From assembly GCA_047285305.1 (NCBI GenBank), contig JBJBDL010000003.1, positions 1,600,001-1,664,000 of the forward strand: a DNA stretch of 64,000 bases, read 5' to 3'. Source of the stretch: Synechococcus sp. (GTDB lineage: Bacteria > Cyanobacteriota > Cyanobacteriia > PCC-6307 > Cyanobiaceae). The translations under genes and the position numbers were made by a program. Below, piece after piece: positions 9,145 through 20,605 of the stretch. How positions within the stretch are numbered: position 1 is the stretch's first letter; each line of letters starts with the position of its first letter. Under the pieces are notes generated by a model. The model made no database searches, was not told the DNA's origin, and saw only the letters and a list, made by a program, of their open reading frames with translations.

Positions 9145-11076
9145 TCAGGCCTGTAGGGCCTTGATCGAAGCGGTGGCTGGCAGATCACCAGAGGTGTTGC
9201 TGAAGCGCTCGAGGATGCGTTCAGCCATCTGCGCAGGTGTCAGGCCGAGAGCTTCCTTGCTCTGCTGCGGCGTGGCGTGATCAACCAGTTGGTCGGGGAT
9301 GCCGATGCGCAGCATCGAGACGTTGATGTCCTGATCGATCAACGACTCCAGAACCGCTGCGCCAAAACCGCCGGGTAGTGCTCCCTCTTCCATGGTGACC
9401 ACGCGGGGGGTTCGACGTGCCAGCGGATGGATCAGAGCCTGATCCAGGGGCCTCAGGAAGCGAGCGTTGATCACGGTGGTGGAGAGACCGGCTTCCTCCA
9501 GAAGCGTTGCTGTGGCCAGGGCCGGAGCCACCATCGAGCCATAGGCCACGATCATGAGATCGTCGCCTTCCCGCAGCAGTTCTCCGCGGCCGATCGGCAG
9601 CGATTCCCAACCCTCTTCCATCAACGGCACGCCTTCCCCGGAGCCCCGCGGAATCCGCAGCGCCGTGGGCCCGTCGTGCTGCAGGCAGGTCACCAGCATG
9701 CGCTGGAGCTCAGCCTCATCCTTCGGTGCCATCACCGTGAAGTTGGGAATGGCACGCATGTAGCTGATGTCGTACTGACCCTGATGGGTCGGCCCGTCGG
9801 CACCAACTATTCCAGCACGATCGAGCACGAAGGTGACCGGCAGCTTCTGGATGCCCACGTCGTGGATCAACTGGTCGTAGGCGCGCTGAAGGAAGGTGCT
9901 GTAGATGGCAACGACAGGGCGCAACCCCTCGCAGGCCATTCCCGCCGCCAGGGTGACGGCATGTTGTTCAGCGATGCCAACGTCAACGTACTGGCCCGGA
10001 ACGGACTTCTGAAGCAGATCCAGACCTGTACCGGTGGCCATGGCCGCAGTAATGCCGATCACCCGACTGTTCTGCTCACAGAGCTTGACGAGGGTCTGCC
10101 CAAACACCTTGCTGTAGCTGGGGGGCTTGGGTTTGGACGACGGAATCGCCTTGCCGGTGCCGAGATCAAAAGCCGATTGGGCGTGATAGCCAACCTGATC
10201 GGCCTCGGCATAGGGATAGCCCTTGCCCTTTTTGGTGACGACATGCACCAGCACAGGGCCACCCTCACGGTGGGCCGCCTGGAAGGTGCGCACCATTTCA
10301 CCGATGTCGTGGCCATCGATCGGCCCCATGTAAGTGAAGCCCAGTTCCTCAAACACTGCACCCACCTTGGGAACTGCAAGGCGACGCATGCTGCCCTTGA
10401 GGCGGTTGAGTTCTGCAGGAATCTCACCACCCATGAAGGGCAGATGCCGAACGCTTTCCTCAACACTCCCTGAGAGGAACTGCATCGGTGGGCTGAGCCG
10501 AGCACGGTTAAGCACGTTCGACAGCGCACCCACCGGCGGGGAGATCGACATGTCGTTGTCGTTCAGCACCACCAGGAGCGGTGTGTTGGGGAGGTGTCCG
10601 GCGTGGTTGATGGCCTCAAGAGCCATGCCGCCTGTCAGGGCTCCATCACCAATGACAGCAACGCATTTGAACGACTCTCCCCGGTTGTCCCGGGCCATGG
10701 CCATGCCCAGCGCTGCTGAGATGGAGGTGCTGGCGTGGCCCGCTCCGAAGTGGTCGAAGTCGCTCTCTGTACGCTTGAGATAACCCGCGACTCCGTGCTG
10801 CTGGCGCAGGGAATCAAAATCGTTGAACCGGCCGGTGATCAATTTGTGGGGGTAGGCCTGATGGCCCACATCCCAAATCACACGGTCATGGTCAAGATCC
10901 AGCGTCTGGTACAGCGCCAGGGTCAACTCCACAACCCCCAGGCCAGGCCCCAGATGACCACCGCTGGTGGACACCACCTGCAGATGCCGCTCACGAATCT
11001 GCCGAGCCACGTCCTCAAGCTGAGCCGGGCTGAGTCCGTGCAGTTCATTCGGATGCTTCAGATCTCCGAGATGCAT
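9145..11076 (-). CDS. dxs: 1-deoxy-D-xylulose-5-phosphate synthase
   Basis: [31 protein letters not shown] and [15 protein letters not shown]. Confidence 0.97.
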   Translation of the reverse strand: MHLGDLKHPNELHGLSPAQLEDVARQIRERHLQVVSTSGGHLGPGLGVVELTLALYQTLDLDHDRVIWDVGHQAYPHKLITGRFNDFDSLRQQHGVAGYLKRTESDFDHFGAGHASTSISAALGMAMARDNRGESFKCVAVIGDGALTGGMALEAINHAGHLPNTPLLVVLNDNDMSISPPVGALSNVLNRARLSPPMQFLSGSVEESVRHLPFMGGEIPAELNRLKGSMRRLAVPKVGAVFEELGFTYMGPIDGHDIGEMVRTFQAAHREGGPVLVHVVTKKGKGYPYAEADQVGYHAQSAFDLGTGKAIPSSKPKPPSYSKVFGQTLVKLCEQNSRVIGITAAMATGTGLDLLQKSVPGQYVDVGIAEQHAVTLAAGMACEGLRPVVAIYSTFLQRAYDQLIHDVGIQKLPVTFVLDRAGIVGADGPTHQGQYDISYMRAIPNFTVMAPKDEAELQRMLVTCLQHDGPTALRIPRGSGEGVPLMEEGWESLPIGRGELLREGDDLMIVAYGSMVAPALATATLLEEAGLSTTVINARFLRPLDQALIHPLARRTPRVVTMEEGALPGGFGAAVLESLIDQDINVSMLRIGIPDQLVDHATPQQSKEALGLTPAQMAERILERFSNTSGDLPATASIKALQA

Positions 11077-11156
11077 GCACTGCCAACTCCAATACGTGCA
11101 ATCTACGGGAACCAACCCGGATCCTGTCTGGATCGAACCCTTGGAAGAATGGTGAG

Positions 11157-12686
11157 ATGACCGACTACCTGCAGCGGATCCTGCGTGCCCGCGTCTACGA
11201 CGTAGCGCAGGAAACCCCTTTGGATCCCGCCCCCAATCTGAGCCGCCGGCTGAACAACACGGTCTGGCTGAAGCGTGAGGATCTCCAGCCGGTGTTCTCG
11301 TTCAAGCTGCGTGGTGCCTACAACCGCATGGTGCAGCTCAGCAGAGACGAGCTCAAGCGCGGGGTGATTGCCTCCAGTGCCGGGAACCATGCCCAGGGCG
11401 TGGCTCTGAGTGCCCAGCGTCTTGGCTGTCGGGCCGTGATCGTGATGCCAAGCACCACACCCGAGGTGAAAGTGCGTGCCGTGCGGGCTCTGGGTGGTGA
11501 CGTGGTCCTCCATGGCGAGACCTATGACGAGTGCTCCGCGGAGGCGCACCGACGCTGCAAGGCCGAGGGTCTCACCTTCATTCACCCCTTCGACGATCCG
11601 GAAGTGATCGCAGGCCAGGGAACGATCGGCATGGAGATCATGCGCCAGGCCGAGCAGCCACCCAATGCCATCTATGTGGCCGTGGGCGGTGGTGGCCTAA
11701 TCGCCGGCATCGCCGCCTACGTCAAACGGCTGTGGCCGGAAACGGAGGTGATCGGCGTGGAGCCGGTGGATGCCGATGCCCTGAGCCGCTCCCTTGAGCA
11801 AGGGCATCGGGTGGAACTGGAACAGGTGGGGCTGTTTGCCGATGGCGTCGCCGTGAGAAAGGTGGGGGAACACACCTTTGCGCTGGCCCAGCAGTTCGTC
11901 GATCGCATGGTGCGGGTCGACACCGATGCCATATGCGCCGCGATCAAGGACGTCTTTGAAGACACCCGTTCAATCCTTGAGCCCGCCGGTGCCCTGGCGG
12001 TTGCCGGGCTCAAACAGGACGTGGCCGAGCGCCAGCTGGCGGGGGGCAATTTGGTGGCGGTGGCCTGCGGGGCCAACATGAATTTCGACCGACTGCGCTT
12101 CATCGCCGAACGGGCTGAGCTCGGGGAAGAGCGGGAAGCAATGCTGGCCGTGGAGATTCCCGAATCACCCGGCAGCCTGAGACGGCTTTGCGAACTGTTG
12201 CGAGAGCGCAGCCTCACAGAATTCAGTTACCGCATGACTGATGGTGCCTCGGCGCAGATCTTCATCGGTGTGCAGGTAAGCGATGAAAACGACCGTGCCT
12301 CACTGCTGGGGCAACTAGAGCGTGGGGACTTCCCCTGCCTCGATCTGAGTGAAAACGAATTTGCCAAGGTCCACCTGCGCCACATGGTGGGGGGCCGCCT
12401 GCCGGCTTCAGCACGCACGGCCTGTGCCAGGGAATGCAAAGAGCTGCTGTATCGCTTCGAGTTTCCCGAACGCCCTGGTGCCTTGATGAGCTTCGTGGAT
12501 GCTCTGCACCCCGGCTGGAGCATCAGCATCTTCCACTACAGAAACCATGGTGCTGACGTGGGGCGCATCGTTGTTGGCGTACTGGTGCCGGAACAGGAGA
12601 TGCAGGGCTGGACCGAATTCCTCAATGCCCTGGGCTACCGCCACTGGGATGAAACCAACAACCCGGCCTATGGCCTTTTCCTCTGA
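11157..12686 (+). CDS. ilvA: Threonine ammonia-lyase, biosynthetic
   Basis: [26 protein letters not shown] and C-terminal ACT domains ([10 protein letters not shown]). Confidence 0.97.
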   Translation: MTDYLQRILRARVYDVAQETPLDPAPNLSRRLNNTVWLKREDLQPVFSFKLRGAYNRMVQLSRDELKRGVIASSAGNHAQGVALSAQRLGCRAVIVMPSTTPEVKVRAVRALGGDVVLHGETYDECSAEAHRRCKAEGLTFIHPFDDPEVIAGQGTIGMEIMRQAEQPPNAIYVAVGGGGLIAGIAAYVKRLWPETEVIGVEPVDADALSRSLEQGHRVELEQVGLFADGVAVRKVGEHTFALAQQFVDRMVRVDTDAICAAIKDVFEDTRSILEPAGALAVAGLKQDVAERQLAGGNLVAVACGANMNFDRLRFIAERAELGEEREAMLAVEIPESPGSLRRLCELLRERSLTEFSYRMTDGASAQIFIGVQVSDENDRASLLGQLERGDFPCLDLSENEFAKVHLRHMVGGRLPASARTACARECKELLYRFEFPERPGALMSFVDALHPGWSISIFHYRNHGADVGRIVVGVLVPEQEMQGWTEFLNALGYRHWDETNNPAYGLFL

Positions 12687-12725
12687 GTTTCAGGGCGGTA
12701 CCTTGAGTGCTCTCGAGGGGTTGTG

Positions 12726-13223
12726 ATGACGTCTCCATCCCTACCAACCCGGCTCGAGGCGATTCTTTATCTCAAGGGTCGGCCCGTCAGCATCGGCGAA
12801 CTGGCCGAGCTGGCCGACTCCGACCGCCGAAGCGTTGAAGAAGCCCTCGTCGCTCTGACGGCCTCCTACGCCCAGCGAGACAGTGCCCTGGAGATCGTTG
12901 AACAGAGCGGTCGCTACGGTCTGCAGCTCCGGCCGGGCATGGGCGATCTGGTCAAAGACCTGCTGCCGGTGAATCTCTCCACGGCAACCCTTCGAACTCT
13001 CGCCACCATTGCCCTGAAGAAACGCATTCTTCAATCGGATCTTGTGGATCTGCGGGGTTCGGGGGCCTACGACCACATCAAGGAACTGCTGGCGCAGGAA
13101 TTTATCGATCGGCGTCGTCAGAGCGAGGGGCGGTCCTACTGGCTCACACTCACCGAAAAATTTCATCGCACCTTCTCAGTGCTTCCTGATCTTGGGGCAA
13201 CCGATCTGACGGAAGCTGCATAA
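12726..13223 (+). CDS. scpB: SMC-Scp complex subunit ScpB
   Basis: LEAILYLKGRPV, LRTLATIA and LVDLRGSGAYDHIKEL. Confidence 0.9.
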   Translation: MTSPSLPTRLEAILYLKGRPVSIGELAELADSDRRSVEEALVALTASYAQRDSALEIVEQSGRYGLQLRPGMGDLVKDLLPVNLSTATLRTLATIALKKRILQSDLVDLRGSGAYDHIKELLAQEFIDRRRQSEGRSYWLTLTEKFHRTFSVLPDLGATDLTEAA

Positions 13224-13247
13224 AGTCGGAGCAGATCAGCATCAGTC

Positions 13248-13544
13248 ATGGAATCTCTACCCGTCACCTTGCTTCAGGTGTTGTCCCAGACCTTGCAGAT
13301 CTATTCCTTGGTGCTGATCGTGCGGGTTCTGCTGAGCTGGTTCCCGAATCTGGACTGGGGCAATCCGGTGCTCAGCAGCGTGAGTGCGATCACCGACCCC
13401 TACCTGAACGCCTTCAGGGGTTTGATCCCACCGCTGGGGGGCATTGACCTCTCCGCCATCCTGGCCTTCCTGGCCCTGAACCTCTTGCAGAGCCTGGTGG
13501 GGCAATCGATCAGCGCCTTCTACATGTCAGGCTCCAGCTGGTGA
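13248..13544 (+). CDS. YggT/YlmG (Ycf19) family membrane protein
   Basis: RVLLSWFPN...TDPYLNAFRGLIPPLGGIDLS. Confidence 0.9.
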   Translation: MESLPVTLLQVLSQTLQIYSLVLIVRVLLSWFPNLDWGNPVLSSVSAITDPYLNAFRGLIPPLGGIDLSAILAFLALNLLQSLVGQSISAFYMSGSSW

Positions 13545-14018
13545 TCACTGCTGGGTAATGTCCCGTTCCAATGGAAGCAGGTCATCTTCGTCAGCATTAA
13601 CGCGGCTTCGGACCGGAGCATTGAATCCACGGGCACGGGGATTTTTGATCACAAACGGCCCTGGGGTTCCAGCGGGCACTGAGATTCGCAGAGCGAACGG
13701 GGAGTGACCAGGGTTCACATCCCCAATCGATCCCACCCGGGTTCTGTTTGGAAGAACAGGTTCACCACTGGCATCCAGAATTCGTGCATAAACATCGGTG
13801 TCGATGACGCTGTTCTTGCTGCGGTTCTCAACGTCTCCAGTCAGCACATAACAGCTGGCACCAACTGGGCGGCTCAATTCAGGTTGATTGCCAGCATCAA
13901 GCTCTCCGCAAGGATCAAGGCGAACCTCACTGAGCTGCAGTTCAGCGGCATCGCAGGGGAGCGCAAGCCACAGCAGCAGGGGCAGGCTGCACAAAACGGA
14001 AACAAGTCGAAGGAGCAT
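13545..14018 (-). CDS. Conserved hypothetical secreted protein
   Basis: Signal-like N-terminus MLLRLVSVLC..., then DTDVYARILDASGEPVLPNRTRVGSIGDV. Confidence 0.7.
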   Translation of the reverse strand: MLLRLVSVLCSLPLLLWLALPCDAAELQLSEVRLDPCGELDAGNQPELSRPVGASCYVLTGDVENRSKNSVIDTDVYARILDASGEPVLPNRTRVGSIGDVNPGHSPFALRISVPAGTPGPFVIKNPRARGFNAPVRSRVNADEDDLLPLERDITQQ

Positions 14019-14025
14019 CAGGAGA

Positions 14026-14355
14026 TCAACGTTGGTCACCACTGCCTCCGATGCGCCCACGGGCAGCTCGGCTTGACAGTTTCTGCAGGTTGGCGTCAGC
14101 CACCTCATTGAGGTCATAACCCAGTTCGCTGGCCAGCTGAGCCACGTACCAGAGCACATCTCCCAGCTCCAACTTGATCGCATCGCGGGTGTCGGCATCA
14201 AACACACCGCCGCGGTCGCGAATCACCTTTTTCACCTTGTCGGCCACCTCGCCGGCTTCACCGGTCAAACCGAGGGTCGGATAGATGGGATTACGGCCCA
14301 CATCCGGGTAGGCAGCCGTCTTTCGGGCGGTGTCCTGATAGGAATTCATCTCCAT
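14026..14355 (-). CDS. mazG: MazG-like nucleoside triphosphate pyrophosphohydrolase
   Basis: LGLTGEAGEVADKVKK...ELGDVLWY...GSGDQR. Confidence 0.88.
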   Translation of the reverse strand: MEMNSYQDTARKTAAYPDVGRNPIYPTLGLTGEAGEVADKVKKVIRDRGGVFDADTRDAIKLELGDVLWYVAQLASELGYDLNEVADANLQKLSSRAARGRIGGSGDQR

Positions 14356-14411
14356 GGGGCCGTTTAGGAAACGCCCGGATGGTAGTTTCCGCAGGGATTT
14401 TCAGCCGCGAT

Positions 14412-15863
14412 ATGGGCCAGTTCGACCTGAACCGACGGACCAAGATCGTGGCCACCATCGGCCCTGCCACGGAGAGTCCGGAGCGGATCAAGGAGCTGGT
14501 GAGGGCTGGTGCCACCACCTTCAGGCTGAACTTTTCCCACGGGGACCACAGCGAACATGCCGCACGCATCGCCACGATTCGTCAGGTGTCTGAGGAATTG
14601 GGGCAAACCATTGGCATCCTCCAAGACCTTCAGGGCCCGAAGATCCGGCTCGGACGGTTTGCTGAGGGTCCGATCACCCTGGCCAACGGCGACCCGTTCA
14701 CGCTCACTTCACGGCCGGTGAGCTGCGACAAGACGATCGCAACGGTCACCTACGACAAGCTGGCGGACGAAGTCACCTCAGGAAGCAGGATCCTTCTTGA
14801 TGACGGCCGTGTTGAGATGAAGGTCGATACCGTCGACAAAGCGCAGCAGACCTTGCATTGCACCGTCACCGTGGGCGGTGTTCTCTCCAACAACAAGGGC
14901 GTTAACTTCCCAGACGTTCAGTTATCCGTTCGTGCCCTCACGGACAAGGACAAGACCGACTTGGCCTTCGGCCTCAGCCAGGGAGTGGACTGGGTGGCCC
15001 TCAGCTTCGTGCGCAATCCCTCCGACATGGAGGAGATTCGCGGACTGATCCGCGAACAAGGCCATGAGACCCCTGTGGTTGCGAAGATCGAAAAGTTTGA
15101 GGCCATCGATCAGATCGATTCGATCCTGCCGCTCTGTGACGGTGTGATGGTGGCCCGCGGTGACCTTGGCGTGGAGATGCCGGCCGAGGAAGTGCCGTTG
15201 CTGCAGAAGGAACTGATCCGCAAGGCCAACAGCCTGGGCATCCCGATCATCACGGCCACCCAGATGCTGGATTCCATGGCCTCCAGCCCCCGGCCAACCC
15301 GAGCCGAAGTCAGCGACGTAGCCAACGCCATCCTGGATGGCACCGACGCCGTGATGCTCTCCAACGAGACCGCGGTCGGTGATTTCCCCGTGGAAGCCGT
15401 TCAAACCATGGCCACCATTGCTCGCAGGATCGAGAAGGACTACCCCCAACGCTCGATCGACAGCCACCTGCCCAGCACCATCCCCAATGCCTTGAGCGGT
15501 GCGGTCAGCACCATCGCCAGCCAGCTCAATGCCTCCGCAATTCTTCCCCTCACACGAAGTGGGGCCACAGCTCGCAACGTCAGCAAGTTCCGGCCTGCGG
15601 CACCGATCCTTGCCATTACTCCTGATCGCACGGTTGCCTGTCGTCTGCAGCTGGTTTGGGGCGTGACACCGCTGGTGATTCCCCAGGGCGAACGCACCAC
15701 GCAGACCTTCCAGGCGGCGATGGTCAAAGCCAAGGAGCTCGATCTGTTGAAGGAGGGTGATCTCGTGGTGCAGTCCGCAGGCACCCACACCGGCGTTTCC
15801 GGATCCACAGATCTGGTGAAGGTGAGCATCGTCGGCAACGAAGCTGAGGCGACACTGATCTGA
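14412..15863 (+). CDS. pyk: Pyruvate kinase
   Basis: RRTKIVATIGPA, RLNFSHG, MVARGDLGVE and DAVMLSNETAVG. Confidence 0.97.
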   Translation: MGQFDLNRRTKIVATIGPATESPERIKELVRAGATTFRLNFSHGDHSEHAARIATIRQVSEELGQTIGILQDLQGPKIRLGRFAEGPITLANGDPFTLTSRPVSCDKTIATVTYDKLADEVTSGSRILLDDGRVEMKVDTVDKAQQTLHCTVTVGGVLSNNKGVNFPDVQLSVRALTDKDKTDLAFGLSQGVDWVALSFVRNPSDMEEIRGLIREQGHETPVVAKIEKFEAIDQIDSILPLCDGVMVARGDLGVEMPAEEVPLLQKELIRKANSLGIPIITATQMLDSMASSPRPTRAEVSDVANAILDGTDAVMLSNETAVGDFPVEAVQTMATIARRIEKDYPQRSIDSHLPSTIPNALSGAVSTIASQLNASAILPLTRSGATARNVSKFRPAAPILAITPDRTVACRLQLVWGVTPLVIPQGERTTQTFQAAMVKAKELDLLKEGDLVVQSAGTHTGVSGSTDLVKVSIVGNEAEATLI

Positions 15864-15876
15864 GCGACGCCACACC

Positions 15877-17106
15877 ATGAACCGGCGCATGCCCGCAACG
15901 GAAACGGTGGCGATGGCCCTGTCCACTCTGCGGAGCAACAAGCTGCGGAGCCTTCTCACGATGGTGGGAATTGTGATAGGCAACGCCTCGGTGATCACCC
16001 TGGTGGGGGTTGGACGGGGAGCGCAATTGCTGGCTGAAGGTCAGTTGAACAACCTCGGCGCCAATGTGCTGTTTGTGGTTCCGGGCAACACAAACGCCAG
16101 ACGGCAAGGGGTCACCCGGCCGAAAACGCTCGTCCTGGAAGATGCCGTAGCCATAGCCACCCAGGTTCCCAGCGTCAAACGCGTCGCCCCTCTGATCAAC
16201 ACCAATCAGGTGGTGCAGGCTGGCGCCCGCAGTTCAACGGGTGCGGTCTTCGGCGCGACATCGGAGTTCCTTCCGGTGCGCAGCTTCGAAGTGGCCAAGG
16301 GCCGTTTCATCAACGCAAAGGACGTCGCCGGTGCGAAAGCCATCGCCGTGCTCGGCTCTGATTTGCGCACTAATTTGTTTCCCACCGGCTCAGCGATTGG
16401 CCAGCAGGTGCGCATCGGCAATCAAAGCTTTGAGGTGGTGGGTGTGATGGCCCCCAAGGGTGCCGTGTTCGGCAGCAACCAGGATGAAAACACCTACATC
16501 CCAATTACAACGATGGTGAACCGGATCACGGGTCGAGATCCGATTTACGGCGTCAGCCTCAACTCCATCAGTGTTGAAGCCATCGATGAACAGAGCATCA
16601 GCGCAGCCAGCTTTCAGATCAACAACCTGCTGAGACAGCGGCACCGGATTCTCCGGGATGACGATTTCGTGGTGCGGTCGCAGAAAGACGCCCTCACCAT
16701 CGTGGGTAACATCACCGGAGGACTCACCCTGATGCTCGGGGCCATCGGAGGGATCTCCCTGCTGGTGGGAGGCATCGGAATCATGAACATCATGTTGGTG
16801 TCCGTCAGCGAACGCACCGAGGAGATCGGTCTGCGCAAAGCCCTGGGGGCGCGCAGCAGTGATGTTTTGCAGCAATTTCTGGTGGAATCCTTGGTGCTTG
16901 CCAGCCTGGGAGGCGTCATCGGCACGCTGACGGGTCTTGGAACAGTGAGCCTCGTGGCGGCGGTCACGCCCCTGCCAGCAACGATCGGCGCAACGATGGT
17001 GGTGGTCACCGTTGGACTCTCAGGATCCATCGGGCTGTTCTTCGGAGTCGTTCCAGCCCGACGAGCCGCAAAGCTCGACCCGATTGTTGCCCTGAGAAGC
17101 CTTTGA
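15877..17106 (+). CDS. ABC transporter permease, MacB/FtsX family
   Basis: [41 protein letters not shown] and [11 protein letters not shown]. Confidence 0.9.
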   Translation: MNRRMPATETVAMALSTLRSNKLRSLLTMVGIVIGNASVITLVGVGRGAQLLAEGQLNNLGANVLFVVPGNTNARRQGVTRPKTLVLEDAVAIATQVPSVKRVAPLINTNQVVQAGARSSTGAVFGATSEFLPVRSFEVAKGRFINAKDVAGAKAIAVLGSDLRTNLFPTGSAIGQQVRIGNQSFEVVGVMAPKGAVFGSNQDENTYIPITTMVNRITGRDPIYGVSLNSISVEAIDEQSISAASFQINNLLRQRHRILRDDDFVVRSQKDALTIVGNITGGLTLMLGAIGGISLLVGGIGIMNIMLVSVSERTEEIGLRKALGARSSDVLQQFLVESLVLASLGGVIGTLTGLGTVSLVAAVTPLPATIGATMVVVTVGLSGSIGLFFGVVPARRAAKLDPIVALRSL

Positions 17107-17134
17107 TCAAGGCCTCAGAAATCAGGCCGACTCC

Positions 17135-17152
17135 TTTACACTAGTTAACGAA
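17135..17152 (+). promoter_or_regulatory. HLR1-like (RpaB) direct repeat upstream of ftsH2
   Basis: TTTACACT-ag-TTAACGAA fits a degenerate (G/T)TTACA(T/A)(T/A)-N2 repeat. Confidence 0.5.
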
Positions 17153-17164
17153 TTTTTTCAGCTC

Positions 17165-19084
17165 ATGAATCAGCGCTGGCGCCTTCTTGCCCTCTGGCTG
17201 TTGCCAATCGGCGTCGTGTTGCTGATCGGCTGGCAGGTGGTGAGCAATGGAGGCATCAACGGCCTCAGCCAGGACAGCAATGGCACCACCGTCGCTCCTC
17301 GCAATGCTGCGGTGGCACGGATGAGCTACGGCCGCTTCCTCGACTACGTCGAGGCCGGTCGCGTCACGGCCGTTGATATCTACGACGGTGGCCGCAACGC
17401 CGTGATTGAAGCGGTCGATCCCGACCTCGACAACCGGGTTCAACGCCTGCGCGTTGATCTTCCTGGTCTGGCCCCTGAGCTGATCAACACGCTGAAGACC
17501 GAAGGCATCAGCTTTGACATTCATCCCCCACGCACAGCACCACCGGCGCTAGGAGTTCTGGGCAATCTTGCGTTCCCGCTGCTGCTGATCGGTGCCCTGA
17601 TCTTTCTGGCCCGCCGCAACAGCAATATGCCTGGCGGCCCTGGCCAAGCCATGCAGTTCGGCAAAAGCAAGGCCCGCTTCATGATGGAAGCGGAGACCGG
17701 CGTCATGTTCGATGACGTGGCAGGCGTCGCCGAGGCCAAGCAGGAACTGCAGGAAGTGGTCACCTTCCTGAAGCAGCCCGAGCGATTCACCTCAGTGGGA
17801 GCTCAGATTCCCCGCGGCCTTCTGCTGGTCGGCCCTCCCGGCACCGGCAAAACACTTCTGGCTAAGGCCATTGCCGGTGAAGCGGGCGTTCCCTTCTTCT
17901 CCCTCTCAGGTTCTGAGTTCGTTGAGATGTTCGTTGGCGTGGGTGCCAGCCGCGTCCGCGATCTGTTCAAAAAGGCCAAGGAGAACAGCCCCTGTTTGAT
18001 CTTCATCGACGAAATTGATGCCGTTGGCCGTCAGCGCGGTGCCGGCATCGGCGGAGGCAACGATGAGCGCGAACAGACGCTGAACCAACTCCTCACGGAG
18101 ATGGATGGTTTTGAAGGCAATAGCGGCATCATCATCATTGCCGCCACCAACCGCCCCGACGTTCTGGACTCAGCTCTGATGCGTCCGGGCCGTTTTGACC
18201 GTCAGGTCACTGTGGACGCTCCAGACATCAAGGGTCGCCTCGCCATCCTTGATGTGCACTGCCGCAACAAGAAGCTCGAAGAGGAGCTGTCCCTCGAAAG
18301 CATCGCCCGCCGCACCCCTGGCTTTACTGGTGCTGACCTGGCCAACCTCATGAACGAAGCGGCCATTCTCACCGCCCGCCGCCGAAAGGAAGCTATCGGT
18401 TTGAGCGAGATCGACGACGCTGTCGATCGGATCATCGCCGGCATGGAGGGTCGTCCCCTCACCGACGGTCGCAGCAAGCGTCTGATCGCTTACCACGAGG
18501 TGGGCCATGCCCTGATCGGAACCCTGGTCAAGGACCACGACCCTGTTCAGAAGGTCACTTTGGTTCCTCGTGGTCAGGCCCAGGGCTTGACCTGGTTCTC
18601 CCCGGATGAGGAGCAAACATTGGTGACCCGTGCCCAGCTCAAGGCACGCATCATGGGAGCCCTGGGTGGTCGCGCCGCAGAGGACGTGGTGTTCGGTCAT
18701 CAGGAAGTCACCACTGGAGCAGGTGGCGACATCCAGCAGGTAGCTTCGATGGCTCGAAACATGGTGACCCGGCTCGGCATGAGTGATCTCGGTCCTGTGG
18801 CCCTCGAAGGCGGCAGTCAGGAAGTGTTCCTTGGTCGCGACTTGATGTCCCGCAGTGATGTGTCGGAATCGATCTCCCAACAGATCGATGTTCAAGTTCG
18901 CAACATGGTGAAGCGCTGTTATGACGAAACAGTTGAGATCGTGGCTGCCAACCGGGAAGCCATGGATCGCCTGGTGGAACTGCTGATCGAGAAGGAAACC
19001 ATGGATGGTGATGAGTTCAAGGCTGTTGTGGCTGAATTCACCGCTGTTCCTGAGAAAGACCGCACTGTCGTCACCCTGGACTGA
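17165..19084 (+). CDS. ftsH2: ATP-dependent zinc metalloprotease FtsH (FtsH2-type)
   Basis: GPPGTGKT, second region of homology and [21 protein letters not shown] lumenal segment as in cyanobacterial FtsH2. Confidence 0.93.
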   Translation: MNQRWRLLALWLLPIGVVLLIGWQVVSNGGINGLSQDSNGTTVAPRNAAVARMSYGRFLDYVEAGRVTAVDIYDGGRNAVIEAVDPDLDNRVQRLRVDLPGLAPELINTLKTEGISFDIHPPRTAPPALGVLGNLAFPLLLIGALIFLARRNSNMPGGPGQAMQFGKSKARFMMEAETGVMFDDVAGVAEAKQELQEVVTFLKQPERFTSVGAQIPRGLLLVGPPGTGKTLLAKAIAGEAGVPFFSLSGSEFVEMFVGVGASRVRDLFKKAKENSPCLIFIDEIDAVGRQRGAGIGGGNDEREQTLNQLLTEMDGFEGNSGIIIIAATNRPDVLDSALMRPGRFDRQVTVDAPDIKGRLAILDVHCRNKKLEEELSLESIARRTPGFTGADLANLMNEAAILTARRRKEAIGLSEIDDAVDRIIAGMEGRPLTDGRSKRLIAYHEVGHALIGTLVKDHDPVQKVTLVPRGQAQGLTWFSPDEEQTLVTRAQLKARIMGALGGRAAEDVVFGHQEVTTGAGGDIQQVASMARNMVTRLGMSDLGPVALEGGSQEVFLGRDLMSRSDVSESISQQIDVQVRNMVKRCYDETVEIVAANREAMDRLVELLIEKETMDGDEFKAVVAEFTAVPEKDRTVVTLD

Positions 19085-19102
19085 TTCTTGATCCAGCAAC
19101 AC

Positions 19103-19135
19103 AAAGCCCCCGTCTTATCCAGACGGGGACTTTTT
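19103..19135. terminator. Intrinsic terminator, probably bidirectional (ftsH2/clpP)
   Basis: aaagcCCCCGTCT-tatcc-AGACGGGGacttttt. Confidence 0.8.
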
Positions 19136-19285
19136 ATGGATTGGATTTTTTCTTGCGTCGTCGACAACGCTCCGAGCAATAAACAACCTCGTCCCAGCAA
19201 TTTCTCCAGGCTTTGCGCCACTCAAAGGGACGATCACAGACTGGACAGATCTTGCTGGGACGGTTGTTTTTAGAACTCGGCTTCT

Positions 19286-19879
19286 TCAAGCAACGGCCTG
19301 AACGGGACGCTTGTCGATCACCGAGTCAATCAAGCCGTAGTTCACCGCCTCGGTGGGTGACATGAAGAAGTCACGGTCGGTGTCCTGCTGGATCCGATCA
19401 AGTGGTTGCCCAGTGCGATCGGACAGCTCCTTGTTTAGGCGTTCCTTCAGGAAGAGAATTTCATCTGCCTGAATGCGGATGTCACTGGCTTGGCCCTGGG
19501 CACCACCTAAAGGCTGGTGAATCATGATCCGGGAGTGCTGCAGGCTGCTGCGCTTGCCCTTAGTGCCAGCACAGAGAAGAAAAGCTCCCATGCTTGCGGC
19601 CAGGCCAACACACACCGTGTGCACATCCGGTTTGATGTGCTGCATCGTGTCGAAGATGCCGAGGCCGTCGTAAACCGAACCACCGGGCGAGTTGATGTAG
19701 AGGAAGATATCTTTTTCGGGGTCCTCAGCTTCGAGGAACAACATCTGGGCCACGATCCGGTTGGCGGAGTCACTGGTTACAGCCTCACCAAGGAAGATAA
19801 TTCGCTCGCGCAGAAGCCTGGAATAAATGTCGAAGGCCCTTTCTCCCCGGCCGGACTCCTCAATCACAATGGGGATCAT
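19286..19879 (-). CDS. clpP: ATP-dependent Clp protease proteolytic subunit
   Basis: [37 protein letters not shown] and HQPLGG. Confidence 0.96.
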   Translation of the reverse strand: MIPIVIEESGRGERAFDIYSRLLRERIIFLGEAVTSDSANRIVAQMLFLEAEDPEKDIFLYINSPGGSVYDGLGIFDTMQHIKPDVHTVCVGLAASMGAFLLCAGTKGKRSSLQHSRIMIHQPLGGAQGQASDIRIQADEILFLKERLNKELSDRTGQPLDRIQQDTDRDFFMSPTEAVNYGLIDSVIDKRPVQAVA

Positions 19880-19960
19880 CTGAGCAACAGCAGGGTCGCG
19901 CAATCCTAACGGCGATGTCTGCGGCGCTAGGGTTCCGGCCATTCATTCCTGGACTGCACG

Positions 19961-20605
19961 TTGGCCGCAAGTCAGACCATCGCCGACAGCAAACGAGCTT
20001 TTCATCAGGCCTTTCCCCACGTCATTGCGCCGCTATACCGCCGCCTTGCTGATGAGCTGCTGGTAGAGCTGCATCTGCTTAGCCATCAAAGTCGATTTGA
20101 AGCCAACGGTCTGTTCAGCGTTGGACTCTGCACGGTGTTTGACACCTTCACCAAGGGCTATCGACCCGAAGCGCAGACCGAGGCATTATTCAGTGCCCTG
20201 TGCAGCAGCAATGGCTTCGACGCAGCGAAGCTGCGCAGAACAAACGCTTCACTGATTGACCAGGCCAAGGGCAAGGATCTCGAGACCCTAAAAAGCTTCC
20301 TGTCATCCCACAGCCTCAAAGAGGGCAGCCATTACTCGCGTTTGATGGCCGTTGGACTGATGAGCCTGCTCAAGGCTGCAGCGGATGAAACCGGTTCGGA
20401 CACCGAGGCCATCGTCAAACAGAGCAAGGAACTTGCTGAGGGCCTTGGTTTGCCCACCGATCGCGTCGAGAAGGATCTGACGCTGTTTGGCTCCAACAGT
20501 GAACGGATGGATCAGGCCGTTGAGCTGGTGGAAGAGACCATCGCTGCCGAGAAGCGCAAGAAGGAACGTCGCTTGGAAGAGCAGGCTCAACGCACGTCCA
20601 GCTGA
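19961..20605 (+). CDS. psb29: Photosystem II biogenesis protein Psb29/THF1
   Basis: TIADSKRAFHQAFPHVI..YRRLADELLVELHLL and HYSRLMAVGL; TTG start. Confidence 0.9.
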   Translation: MAASQTIADSKRAFHQAFPHVIAPLYRRLADELLVELHLLSHQSRFEANGLFSVGLCTVFDTFTKGYRPEAQTEALFSALCSSNGFDAAKLRRTNASLIDQAKGKDLETLKSFLSSHSLKEGSHYSRLMAVGLMSLLKAAADETGSDTEAIVKQSKELAEGLGLPTDRVEKDLTLFGSNSERMDQAVELVEETIAAEKRKKERRLEEQAQRTSS